This document shows, one piece after another, positions 18,579 through 26,484 of a stretch of 64,000 nt of DNA (its first letter is position 1; the number at the start of each line of letters is the position of its first letter). The notes beneath the pieces were generated by a model, which ran no database searches, had not been told where the DNA came from, and saw only the letters and a list, made by a program, of their open reading frames with translations. Made by a program: the position numbers and the translations under genes. The stretch lies in NCBI GenBank assembly GCA_964572455.1, contig CAZNFL010000007.1, positions 1,672-65,671 on the forward strand, in the 5' to 3' direction. The DNA comes from an uncultured Anaerolineaceae bacterium. GTDB taxonomy: Bacteria > Chloroflexota > Anaerolineae > Anaerolineales > UBA11579.

Positions 18579-19226
18579 TTACCACCCTCGGGCAAAGCGT
18601 TGTTCCTCCCATACGTTGGCCCGGTTGTGGTAGCCAGCCTGCTCCCAGAAGCCGAGCTGGTCTTCGGTGAGGAATTCGAGACCACGCAGCCACTTGGCGC
18701 CTTTCCAGAAGTACGGCGTTTCCAGTTCTTGCTTGCCGGGGATGAAACCCACGATGGCGCGCAGCGGGTAGCCGTGGTCCGGGGTCAGCGGCTCGCCCTC
18801 GAACTTGTCCGCCATCAGGAAATTTTCCGCCAGGGCCACTTCGACCGGCACATTGACGGTGAAGCCGTATTCGGCGTGCTGCAGCACGAACTTGGCGCCC
18901 TTGTTGAGCTTAATATGCCGCTGGTCCACCAAGTCTTTGAGCGACACGCCGTCCCAGGTCGTGTCGAATTTGCTCCAGCGCGTGACGCAATGGATATCCA
19001 ACTTCGCTGTGCGGCGTGGCAGCTTTTGGAATTCATCCCAGGTCCAGCGCTTCTCCTCTTCCACTTCGCCCCACACATGCAGGTCCCAGGTGGCCGGGTT
19101 GAAACGCGGGATGGGACCATAGTGCAGCACAGGGAACTTTTGGGTCAGGGCCTGGCCGGGCGGCAGTCTGCCTTCCTTGCGGATGCGGTCTTCCTCTTCG
19201 CGGCGGCCCTTCATCTTTTCAAACAT
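18579..19226 (-). CDS. Sulfite-oxidase-family molybdopterin-binding oxidoreductase (single domain)
   Basis: IHCVTRWSKFD (Mo-ligand Cys context), GYPLRAIVGF.PG, KGAKWLRGLEF. Start set at ATG 19226, preceded by AGGAG. The track start 19295 adds 23 residues. Confidence 0.75.
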   Translation of the reverse strand: MFEKMKGRREEEDRIRKEGRLPPGQALTQKFPVLHYGPIPRFNPATWDLHVWGEVEEEKRWTWDEFQKLPRRTAKLDIHCVTRWSKFDTTWDGVSLKDLVDQRHIKLNKGAKFVLQHAEYGFTVNVPVEVALAENFLMADKFEGEPLTPDHGYPLRAIVGFIPGKQELETPYFWKGAKWLRGLEFLTEDQLGFWEQAGYHNRANVWEEQRFARGW

Positions 19227-19338
19227 GTGCGCTCCTGTGGGTTGGCTCTGGTAATAATAACAATAGTTGCCGGGTTTAGTAATTAGTAATGGCAAGTGCT
19301 CCCTGACTGTATAGATTATGGAAGATCAAAAAGAAAGC

Positions 19339-20130
19339 CTAAAGCAACCTGGAGAGCATTCGCAGAGTTTTCGAGACCGTGTTCTCGAACTCGGCAAACA
19401 CAGCGCTAATAAATTCCCCCCTCACCTCAGGAGGACTGAGAAGCCTAATATTCCAAGTGGCTTCGAGACTATCTGGGTCAAAATTCTCCTCACGGGCTTC
19501 TGGGGGAATGGGAAAAGTAAGGATTTTTGTGCCGTCTATCAATGGGTGAGGGATTTTGTACAAGGTGAGAGTGCCGGTGTCGATGAGTCTCTTCCAAGCT
19601 GGGCTGGGTTTGATGACAAGCAGACTAAGAGTGTCGATGGCTGTGATGAAGAGGCGGTGTTTGTCGTAAATATCGACTTGATGAAGCCGCCAATACGACT
19701 TGTTCCCATCGCCATAAGGCTGGAGTCTGTCAATGATATGCTCCGCTCTGGGGCAAATTCCCTTTATCTCTCTGCTCTTGTTGGATTTGTAGTCATGGGC
19801 GGTTTTGTGAATGGGGAATTGGTTGTGTCGGGTAATTTGGGACTTGCCCGTCAATACGAGCTCGCAGACCATATGGTCAAGCGCAGAGCGCAAATTATGG
19901 ATGGCATCACCAATCAAAACAGACCATCGCAGAATGGGAGCGTCCTTCCTGACCCGTACTATGAGATTGCCAAGAGTTCTATCTTTGTCGTACTGGACGG
20001 AAAACTTATAAGGCTTTTCGTCAAGAAACTTCCCGAATTCCGCATTCAGTTGGTTGATATGCTCTTTGGCCCGATTTAGTTTCACCGTCCCCACTGGCGG
20101 TAAAGGACTATAGTGCGTCGGTCGTGTCAT
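19339..20130 (-). CDS. Hypothetical protein with an R-x4-H (HEPN-like) motif, in an AT-rich patch
   Basis: 263-aa ORF. Motifs HNLRSALDH (R-x4-H) and DIYDKHRLF. Its composition is clearly more AT-rich than the flanks. A 253-aa ORF on the opposite strand competes with it (see rejected list). Confidence 0.5.
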   Translation of the reverse strand: MTRPTHYSPLPPVGTVKLNRAKEHINQLNAEFGKFLDEKPYKFSVQYDKDRTLGNLIVRVRKDAPILRWSVLIGDAIHNLRSALDHMVCELVLTGKSQITRHNQFPIHKTAHDYKSNKSREIKGICPRAEHIIDRLQPYGDGNKSYWRLHQVDIYDKHRLFITAIDTLSLLVIKPSPAWKRLIDTGTLTLYKIPHPLIDGTKILTFPIPPEAREENFDPDSLEATWNIRLLSPPEVRGEFISAVFAEFENTVSKTLRMLSRLL

Positions 20131-20151
20131 CAGGCGCTCTTTTTCAGCTTT

Positions 20152-20832
20152 TTATACTTCCAAGCTTTCGCCGGAAATGAGCACGTGCACTTTGGTTTTG
20201 GTTTCTTTTCCCACGCGCTGCGCCCAGACTTGTGGATCCTGCTTGATCAGATCCCAGGTGCTGTAGTGCACGGGAACCACCTGCTTGGGTTCGAGTAGTT
20301 TGACCGCCTTCAGCGCGTCGTCCGGCCCCATGGTGTAGTGTCCGCCGATCGGCAGCACCGCCAAATCCAGACCTACCTCGCCGATCAGCTTCATGTCGGA
20401 GAACATAGCGGTGTCACAGGCCAGGTAGATCTTCTTGCCCTCGGCTTCGATCAGCAAGCCGGCGGCGCTGCCGCCGCTGGTTCCGTCCGGCAGCTTGGAG
20501 CCGTGTTCCGCGATAGTGAGTTTGAGCTGGCCGAAGGGATGCTGCTGCCAACCCCCGATTGGCTGCCCGTGGGTCTTCAGCCCCTTGTCCTCAAACCAAC
20601 TGGCGATCTCGGGGTTGCTGATCACCAGGGCGCCGGTGCGCTTGGCCAGCGGCTCCACATCCTGCACATGGTCGTAATGCCCATGGCTGACCAGGATGAA
20701 GTCGGCCTCAACATGGTCCACCGTGGTGGCGGCGGCCGGGTTATCGGCAAAGTAGGGGTCTATGACCACGGAGAATCCGCCTATTGAAAGGCTAGAGGTA
20801 CCGTGTCCTAACCATGTGTAGGTGATCGTCAT
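20152..20832 (-). CDS. Metallo-beta-lactamase-fold hydrolase (UPF0173-like)
   Basis: LVSHGHYDH zinc motif; 226 aa; MTITYTWLGHGT start typical of this family. Confidence 0.8.
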   Translation of the reverse strand: MTITYTWLGHGTSSLSIGGFSVVIDPYFADNPAAATTVDHVEADFILVSHGHYDHVQDVEPLAKRTGALVISNPEIASWFEDKGLKTHGQPIGGWQQHPFGQLKLTIAEHGSKLPDGTSGGSAAGLLIEAEGKKIYLACDTAMFSDMKLIGEVGLDLAVLPIGGHYTMGPDDALKAVKLLEPKQVVPVHYSTWDLIKQDPQVWAQRVGKETKTKVHVLISGESLEV

Positions 20833-21196
20833 CGCGGCTCCATTAAATAGACGCCTAGTTATAACAGAAGCTTATATCTTAATTATTCTCCTATATCTAT
20901 TAGGTAGTTCTCTTTATAGTAATAATAGTAGTGCCTGGGGATAAGCGGAATAAGACTGTGGACGATCCAAACACCCCCCATAGGAGAGCTTTCTAAGACC
21001 TGCCGACCCCAGGCATGTGCCAACTACCCAACGAAACGAAGTCTTTTTGTTGTGTACAGAAAACTAACAAAGTGGCGTTTCTACGGGGAAAGGGCCTAAG
21101 CAGGCTAGTTTTCAACAAAAGTATAGAAGTTATCCCCCGGTTGTAAACCACCATACACCGACAGGCTACGAGGGAACTGCCCCAAAAAACCCAGGG

Positions 21197-21205
21197 TTAT
21201 CCACA
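21197..21205 (+). promoter_or_regulatory. Perfect DnaA box TTATCCACA
   Basis: Exact consensus 9-mer inside the 12-mer GTTATCCACAGG. Confidence 0.7.
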
Positions 21206-21217
21206 GGATCGTCGGAG

Positions 21218-21226
21218 TTATCCACA
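21218..21226 (+). promoter_or_regulatory. Perfect DnaA box TTATCCACA
   Basis: Exact consensus 9-mer inside the same 12-mer GTTATCCACAGG, 21 bp downstream of the first box and in the same orientation. Confidence 0.7.
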
Positions 21227-21234
21227 GGCACGCG

Positions 21235-22362
21235 TCAGATATCCTTGATGTACACGCGGTGGTTCTTGTAGCGCTTGCCGCCCAGGTTCTCCAGGTCGCG
21301 GCGCATCTCCCAGGCGGATTCGGCCACCTGGGTCAGATCGCCGTGCTGGAACTGGAAATCCCGCAGGGTCTTCTCCGTCTCGGAATACAGCAAGGCGTTG
21401 CCGCCGCGGCCCTGGAATTCCGGTAGCACGCCGGCTCCGTTCAGCGCCACCCACTTGGTGCGGCGCAGCTCCAGCAGCAGGTCGAGGATGCCGAACGGGA
21501 ACAGGCGCCCGCGGGCACGCTGCAAGGCCGCCGACACGTCCGGGAAGGCGAACAGGAAGCCGACGATGTCCTCGCCATGGGTGATGATCTTGATCAGTTT
21601 GGGGTCGGCGATCACCATAATGTTCTGAATGACGAAAGCCACTTCGCGTTCGCTGAGTGGATAGTATTCCCAATTGTTCACAAAGGCTTCGTTATAAGTG
21701 CGGCCGATACGCGGCCCCCATGCCACCAGTTCCTTCTTGTTGCGAAACCGTTTGACTCCCAGCGTGCCACGCTGCTCCACGCGAGCGGCGATGCTGTGCA
21801 CCCGCTCCGGGAAATGGAAAGTGTTGCGGTCCAGATAGCAGGAAACGAAATCGACTTCCTTGCGGAAGCCCAGCGCCTCCACCAGGCGCTGGTAATAGGC
21901 GTAGTTGTAATTCATCATGGTCATCACCTGGCGGTGTTCGAAACCTTCCACCTGGATGCCGTAACCGTCCAACGGACCAAAGCCCTTGGGCCCTACTACC
22001 TGGTTCAGGCCGCGGCTGCGCGCCCATTCGAAAACGTGCTCAAAGAGCGCCGCGGCCACCTCTTGGTCTTCGACGGTGTCGAAGAGATAGAACTGGGCCT
22101 GCTTTTTATGGTGATATTGGTTGTAAGGTTTATTTTCGATGGCCGCGATGCGCCCGACCACCTCGCCGTCGCGCGCCGCCACGAAGAAATCCGCATCCGA
22201 ATGTTCGTAAAAGGGATGCTTGTTCTGGTCAAGGAACATGTAGGCGTCGATGAACAGCGGCGGCACCCACTGCGCGCAATCGCGATATAGCTTGTAAGGA
22301 AACTCTACGAAACGGCGCGCCTCGGCCTTTGAAGCCGTATCGATCTGTTGGATGGCGAGCAT
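21235..22362 (-). CDS. GNAT-like N-acetyltransferase family protein (375 aa)
   Basis: The C-terminal LNGAGVLPEFQGRGGNALLY resembles GNAT motif A. The rest is unassigned. Confidence 0.55.
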   Translation of the reverse strand: MLAIQQIDTASKAEARRFVEFPYKLYRDCAQWVPPLFIDAYMFLDQNKHPFYEHSDADFFVAARDGEVVGRIAAIENKPYNQYHHKKQAQFYLFDTVEDQEVAAALFEHVFEWARSRGLNQVVGPKGFGPLDGYGIQVEGFEHRQVMTMMNYNYAYYQRLVEALGFRKEVDFVSCYLDRNTFHFPERVHSIAARVEQRGTLGVKRFRNKKELVAWGPRIGRTYNEAFVNNWEYYPLSEREVAFVIQNIMVIADPKLIKIITHGEDIVGFLFAFPDVSAALQRARGRLFPFGILDLLLELRRTKWVALNGAGVLPEFQGRGGNALLYSETEKTLRDFQFQHGDLTQVAESAWEMRRDLENLGGKRYKNHRVYIKDI

Positions 22363-22368
22363 GGCGGG

Positions 22369-22374
22369 ATTATA
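22369..22374 (-). promoter_or_regulatory. TATAAT -10 box 6 nt upstream of the ATG at 22362 (leaderless-type)
   Basis: Minus strand reads TATAAT-CCCGCC-ATG. Confidence 0.45.
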
Positions 22375-22607
22375 AGGGAGGCACTGAGTAGTGAACAGTT
22401 ACCGGGGACCGAGGATGAGGGCAGAGGATGGAGCTAAGGAAAACCGAGGGTCCCAACCAAAACAGCGTTCCAACCCAGCACAAAAGGCATCTGCGTGCGC
22501 AACCCTTCATTATTGGCAGGTGCAACTTACTGTGCGAGAATTCTGGTCCCTCCCTGGCGGACCGGGGCTGTCGAGGGTGGGCAAGCCTGGTTCAAATCGT
22601 GCGAGAT

Positions 22608-23258
22608 ATGGGGCCGCTAACCAAAGGCTCCAGGGAGAAAGCAATTAACATTTCAAGCATCAAACCGATCAAAGCCAGTCGCAATTCCGCTGTTGGACGC
22701 ACCGTTTTGGCCGCCCTGCTGCTGGCCGTCCTCGCCCTGGCCATCTTTGTAGGTGGTACTCAGGACGCGCAAGCCCAGGTTGGCATTACCGCCAATTACA
22801 ACTACATATCCAACGGTTCCTTCGAAAGTGGGCCCAGCTTACCCGCCAGCTGGTTTGGGGCATTTCTAACATCCGTGGATAAGCGCGTATGCAACCAGAG
22901 TTATGCAGGGTCCTGCTCCTTCAAAATGGTGGGCGATAATACCCTCAAATATCTGGGTCAATGTATTGGCCTTACGGGCACCATTGCCGGCCAAGAGTTT
23001 AAATTAAAGGCCTGGACGAAAGGCAAATCGATTAATCTTGGAGGAGGGGAGGCAACCGCCTACGTGGAATTCTTTAACCTGGGTGCCTCCGTCAACTTTG
23101 AAGTGTTCGCTATACCTGGCGGAACCTCACCATGGACTTCGCACCAGGTGTCGGCGACCGCGGCCGCAGACTATGATGAGATATGTATATTGTTGGTATT
23201 TGATGCCGACAGCGGTAAAATATGGTTCGATAAAGTTTCACTGGTGTATCTTCCATAG
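22608..23258 (+). CDS. Small secreted or anchored protein with a carbohydrate-binding-module-like jelly roll
   Basis: Hydrophobic anchor VLAALLLAVLALAIFV, then NGSFESG..W.. and ..KIWFDKVSL, as in CBM4_9-type domains. Start uncertain: first ATG of the plausible part is 22608; the track ORF starts at 22428. Confidence 0.55.
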   Translation: MGPLTKGSREKAINISSIKPIKASRNSAVGRTVLAALLLAVLALAIFVGGTQDAQAQVGITANYNYISNGSFESGPSLPASWFGAFLTSVDKRVCNQSYAGSCSFKMVGDNTLKYLGQCIGLTGTIAGQEFKLKAWTKGKSINLGGGEATAYVEFFNLGASVNFEVFAIPGGTSPWTSHQVSATAAADYDEICILLVFDADSGKIWFDKVSLVYLP

Positions 23259-23284
23259 CGCCGCGAATAAAAACATTCTTAAAA

Positions 23285-23320
23285 CAAAAAAAGAGGCCGA
23301 GAACCGGCCTCCTTTTTTTG
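23285..23320. terminator. Intrinsic terminator (bidirectional shape)
   Basis: AAAAAAAA-GAGGCCG-agaac-CGGCCTC-CTTTTTTT. Confidence 0.7.
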
Positions 23321-23427
23321 CCCTTGGCGGAATGTATCCGCCATGGGCAGGTTGGCTGCGTTGCAATGCAACGCCAGGGCATCTGCCGGCTATGCCGGGT
23401 AACGATCCTTCAGCAGGGTTAGAAAAA

Positions 23428-23655
23428 TTACAAGCCGCGCTTAGCTGCTAGTTCTTCCAACTTCTGGACATTAATTTCCAGTTCGCGAAAGGCAGCTTCG
23501 ATGGGGCGCCTTGCTGCTCATATCCACGCCAGCCAGCTTGAACAGGTCCATCGCATAGCGCGAGCCGCCGGCCTGCATGAAGCGGTGATAACCTGCCGTG
23601 GCGCCCTCCTCGCCGGCCATAATGCCGGTAGGAACCAACCCCCCCTGGGCAGGCG
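23428..23655 (-). pseudogene. Remnant of the C-terminal ~75 codons of an M3B oligoendopeptidase F, with a frameshift
   Basis: ..EEGATAGYHRFMQAGGSRYAMDLFKLAGVDMSS.. then, in another frame, PIEAAFRELEINVQKLEELAAKRGL*. This parallels the intact pepF C-terminus at 58165 (..LLSSGGSRSPEEILKRAGINM...VDELEKLSAK). The frames switch at the G4 run 23503-23506. Confidence 0.6.
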
Positions 23656-23714
23656 AAAGAATCGAAAACAAGGAGGGCCAGACAGGTCCTCCTTGTTTTC
23701 CATGTGTGGATTCT

Positions 23715-25163
23715 TTACTCTGTTGCAGCCCCTTCATGAAAGATCTCCGGGTTTTCTTCTCCCTCGACGTGCAGGATACCCACCAAGCCGCGCTCCAAGC
23801 GACTCAAGGCGTGGTCAACCAGGATGTAGTCGCCGGGCACATCCAGGGTAAATTCCACTATCCAAGCCCCGCCGGGCGCCACCGAAATAGTCTGGACGTC
23901 GGTGAGCGCATCCGCAGCGAGGGAGCCAAAGGGATAGACCTTATCGAAGATCTCGCCGATGACATGGAAGGAGGATGTAAAGTTGGGGCCGCCCACGCCG
24001 AAGTAGATGCGCACAGTGTCACCTACATTGGCGGTCAACCTGTTTTCTTCCGCGGTCAGCCCCCGCGAGGCGCCGTTGAACACCAGGTATTCCGGGGTCT
24101 CATCGAGCATCTTGTCCACGCTAAAGGTGAGTTGGCCCTTAGCCCCAAAAGCCTCCTCCGTGTAGATCTCCCCCTGCATCACATAGAACTCGCGGTCCAC
24201 AGGAGGCAAACCGCCTGCGGGCTCGATCAGGATCAGCCCATACATGCCACTGGTTATGTGATGAGCCACGCTAGGCGTTGCGCAGTGATAAACATAGATG
24301 CCCGGATTCAGGGCCTTGAAGGTGACGACCTTGGTCTCGCCGGGCATCACCTGCGTGTATACCGCGCCGCCACCGGGCCCGTTAACCGCGTGCAAATCCA
24401 CAGAATGGGTGAAGGAGCTGTCCATCTCGTTGGTCATGGTGATTTCGACCGTGTCGCCGATCTGGGCGCGAATGAAAGGTCCAGGCACCGTGCCATTGAA
24501 GGTGAAATAAGGGTAGGTCGCACCCTCGGCCAGCTGGCCCTCCACTTCCTGCGCAACCAATTCCACCTGCACCAGTTGCGGCCCGCGGCCGCCTAAAGGT
24601 CCGGGCAGGTCGCTGGGATTTTTGATGATGGAAGTCCCCGCGGCAACCTCCGATAGCTCTCCAACCTGCAGCATTCCTACCATGCCAGCCGCGCGGTGCC
24701 CGGGAATGCCGCAGTAATATTCGAAGGTGCCTTCCTGGTCGGCTACAAAAGTAATCACGCGTTCTTCATTCAACTGCGTCACCGATCCAGTCGCCACGCT
24801 GAACTCGTCAATGCGTAAATCGTGCTCGATTGCCTGGGCGTTGATCAGAGTTATCTGCACTACGTCGCCGAGGTTGACGACCAACGTTGGATTGGCCACC
24901 CCATCTATCTCCCCGTCGACGCCATAGAACAGCAGGCTGTACCCATCACCGCCCGCCGCCAAAGTAAATTCGACATCCGCCGGTCCCAAATCCACATTGG
25001 TACCTTCGGCAGGGGCAACCTCCCCTGCACCGGGCGCGTTTATTTGAGTCTCCAATACCCCTACGGTGGCCTGCAAATTCGTCACATCGCTGGATTCAAT
25101 ACAAGCCGGGACGGCCAGAGCCAGGACTGCCAAAACAGCAAAGATTGGAGCTTTTCTCCTCAT
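23715..25163 (-). CDS. nirK: Copper-containing nitrite reductase with an extra N-terminal cupredoxin domain; lipoprotein
   Basis: Lipobox LALAVPAC. N-terminal type-1 Cu-like YYCGIPGHRAAGMVGM. NirK core THSVDLHAVNG, YVYHCATPSVAHHITSGMYG, two cupredoxin domains. Confidence 0.85.
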   Translation of the reverse strand: MRRKAPIFAVLAVLALAVPACIESSDVTNLQATVGVLETQINAPGAGEVAPAEGTNVDLGPADVEFTLAAGGDGYSLLFYGVDGEIDGVANPTLVVNLGDVVQITLINAQAIEHDLRIDEFSVATGSVTQLNEERVITFVADQEGTFEYYCGIPGHRAAGMVGMLQVGELSEVAAGTSIIKNPSDLPGPLGGRGPQLVQVELVAQEVEGQLAEGATYPYFTFNGTVPGPFIRAQIGDTVEITMTNEMDSSFTHSVDLHAVNGPGGGAVYTQVMPGETKVVTFKALNPGIYVYHCATPSVAHHITSGMYGLILIEPAGGLPPVDREFYVMQGEIYTEEAFGAKGQLTFSVDKMLDETPEYLVFNGASRGLTAEENRLTANVGDTVRIYFGVGGPNFTSSFHVIGEIFDKVYPFGSLAADALTDVQTISVAPGGAWIVEFTLDVPGDYILVDHALSRLERGLVGILHVEGEENPEIFHEGAATE

Positions 25164-25362
25164 GGATCACCTCTTGGAATGCTTCTGACGAATCAGAAGT
25201 TGAAGTTCTATCGAATCTAAGGGGAATAAGGGCTCGATCAAAAGGACATTTACCCTCAATAGTTAAGACATTCGTAATGTAATAATTAACGAAGCGGCAA
25301 TCGCCTCCAGAACAAGTTTATGAAGGTTTTTAGTGCCTGGTCTGCGACTCACACTTTGGCGA

Positions 25363-25614
25363 TCAGCCCTGGCGGCTTTTGGCCTGCTCGTCGCTGTTGT
25401 CCACCGTAGCGGCCCAGCCCACGAAACCGCCCAGCTCGCCCAGGCTTACGGCCTGCTTTTCATAGACCTCGAACCAATCCGCCGGCTTGGCAGCCGTGAT
25501 CAGCTTGCCGTTGTACTTCTTCAGCTTGGCAGGTCCTTCTTGGCTTTTTCGAATTGCTTGTCCCAGGCCCCCAGGTGGCTTCGATAGGGACGTCGGAGCG
25601 GTTAGGGTGGGCAT
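25363..25614 (-). CDS. Hypothetical small protein (83 aa)
   Basis: ORF with native-looking high-GC codon usage. Start set at ATG 25614 (MPTLTAPTS..). The track extension to 25710 runs into AT-rich non-coding DNA. Confidence 0.4.
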   Translation of the reverse strand: MPTLTAPTSLSKPPGGLGQAIRKSQEGPAKLKKYNGKLITAAKPADWFEVYEKQAVSLGELGGFVGWAATVDNSDEQAKSRQG

Positions 25615-25773
25615 GTTAGTTCCCTTGGTTAGATGGTTGGAATGGTTTATTGTACTAAGCGTGGAGCAGGGTGCCCAAACGCCACACTTAGTATTTTCGT
25701 ATAAAATCATCTCACCTAGGGAAAAATGGAAATCCTAATTTTAATTGGGGTTATTTGAGCAATAATAGCATAC

Positions 25774-26484
25774 TTGAATTCTCGGAATGAGGGGGCGAGA
25801 CGCGCTCGTCACCCACGTACAAATCAAAGCCAACGACCTACTCCCACTTCAACTCCGAGGACCGAACGAAATCCTAATCTCTATCGCCCATCCACAGTTG
25901 CTAGACCCGCTAAGGCATCTATTGTTTTTAGTACCGTCGGGGCTGAGGCGAAGCTAACCACAGATTTCCAATTAAAAGATCTAATGGATGCATATACCGG
26001 TGCACCCCTTCAAGCGTCTCTAGGTCTTTTCCAGTGTCAGAAGTGCAAGGTTTTTTACCAGTCTCACAGCATGGAGGTTATTAGAAGCGAAAACAGCGGC
26101 CAGTGCGTGGCTTGTTTAAGCAAAAATATACTTTATGTATCTATATTACATGAAGCTCGCGGCCGTAATGCAGATGTCAGTGTCGTTACTATGGCCAACT
26201 ACCGGCAACACCTCGGTCACGTCGCTACTTTTGAAGAATTGGTGTATACAATTCTACAAAGCCGGCGTGGCACCGATTATGCCGTCATGTTTGAAAACGC
26301 TCGGTGGACGCGTGGTTTCAAAATGGTTGTTTTCAAAGGGGATGTTAGTAAAATTGGTGGAAGCTCGCTTCTTTACCAATTAGTTGGGAAAACCGTTCGC
26401 GTACGCGGCCTTCTAGTCAATCACAACAGGTACGGATATCAAATCATTGTTAGCGAGAGCGGAATGATATTGAGTGTAAAATGA
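25774..26484 (+). CDS. Islet gene 1: basic Pro/Thr/Arg-rich linker + CxxC..CxxC zinc ribbon + OB-fold-like beta domain
   Basis: FQCQKCKVFY..(17)..GQCVACL zinc ribbon. C-terminal V.T.A......G..ATFEE.V......RG.DYAVMFE......F.MVVFKGD........L.GKTVRVRGLL..H..YGYQIIV resembles OB-fold modules. An in-frame ATG at 25726 with an AGGGA RBS lies upstream, separated by one TGA. The stop overlaps the next start as ATGA. Confidence 0.6.
   Translation: MNSRNEGARRARHPRTNQSQRPTPTSTPRTERNPNLYRPSTVARPAKASIVFSTVGAEAKLTTDFQLKDLMDAYTGAPLQASLGLFQCQKCKVFYQSHSMEVIRSENSGQCVACLSKNILYVSILHEARGRNADVSVVTMANYRQHLGHVATFEELVYTILQSRRGTDYAVMFENARWTRGFKMVVFKGDVSKIGGSSLLYQLVGKTVRVRGLLVNHNRYGYQIIVSESGMILSVK

Larger units (their letters stand above)
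20833..21234. promoter_or_regulatory. DnaA-box cluster plus AT-rich block (candidate oriC or DnaA-controlled region)
   Basis: AT-rich 20841-20935. Boxes at 20936-20944 (rc TTATCCCCA), 20957-20965 (rc TCGTCCACA), 21130-21138 (TTATCCCCC), 21197-21205 and 21218-21226 (both TTATCCACA). Confidence 0.5.

Noticed and set aside
19318-20079. 253-aa plus-strand ORF overlapping the HEPN-like minus-strand ORF
   Set aside because: It is shorter, has no recognisable motif, and would be the only plus-strand gene in a 20-kb minus-strand run. The minus-strand ORF has a cleaner start and stop and the R-x4-H motif. This is not fully excluded.
250-22362. Using the long minus-strand gene run left of 21 kb as support for an origin at 20.8-21.2 kb
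   Set aside because: Genes to the right of the DnaA-box cluster are also mostly on the minus strand, so there is no orientation switch at this point. Strand bias therefore neither supports nor excludes the oriC idea.
22589-22598. GGTTCAAATC, a T-loop-like string suggesting a tRNA
   Set aside because: The flanking bases cannot form a T stem or an acceptor stem.
22428-22607. Upstream 60 codons of the track ORF 22428..23258
   Set aside because: This is a basic, low-complexity translation before the hydrophobic anchor and is likely untranslated leader. The true start remains uncertain.
25668-25680. Possible att-like direct repeat (AGGGTGCCCAAAC) of the tRNA 3' end (AAGGTGCCCCAGG at 27500-27512) on the far side of the islet
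   Set aside because: Only about 8 contiguous matching bases, which is too short to distinguish from chance without statistics. No integrase supports an integration event.
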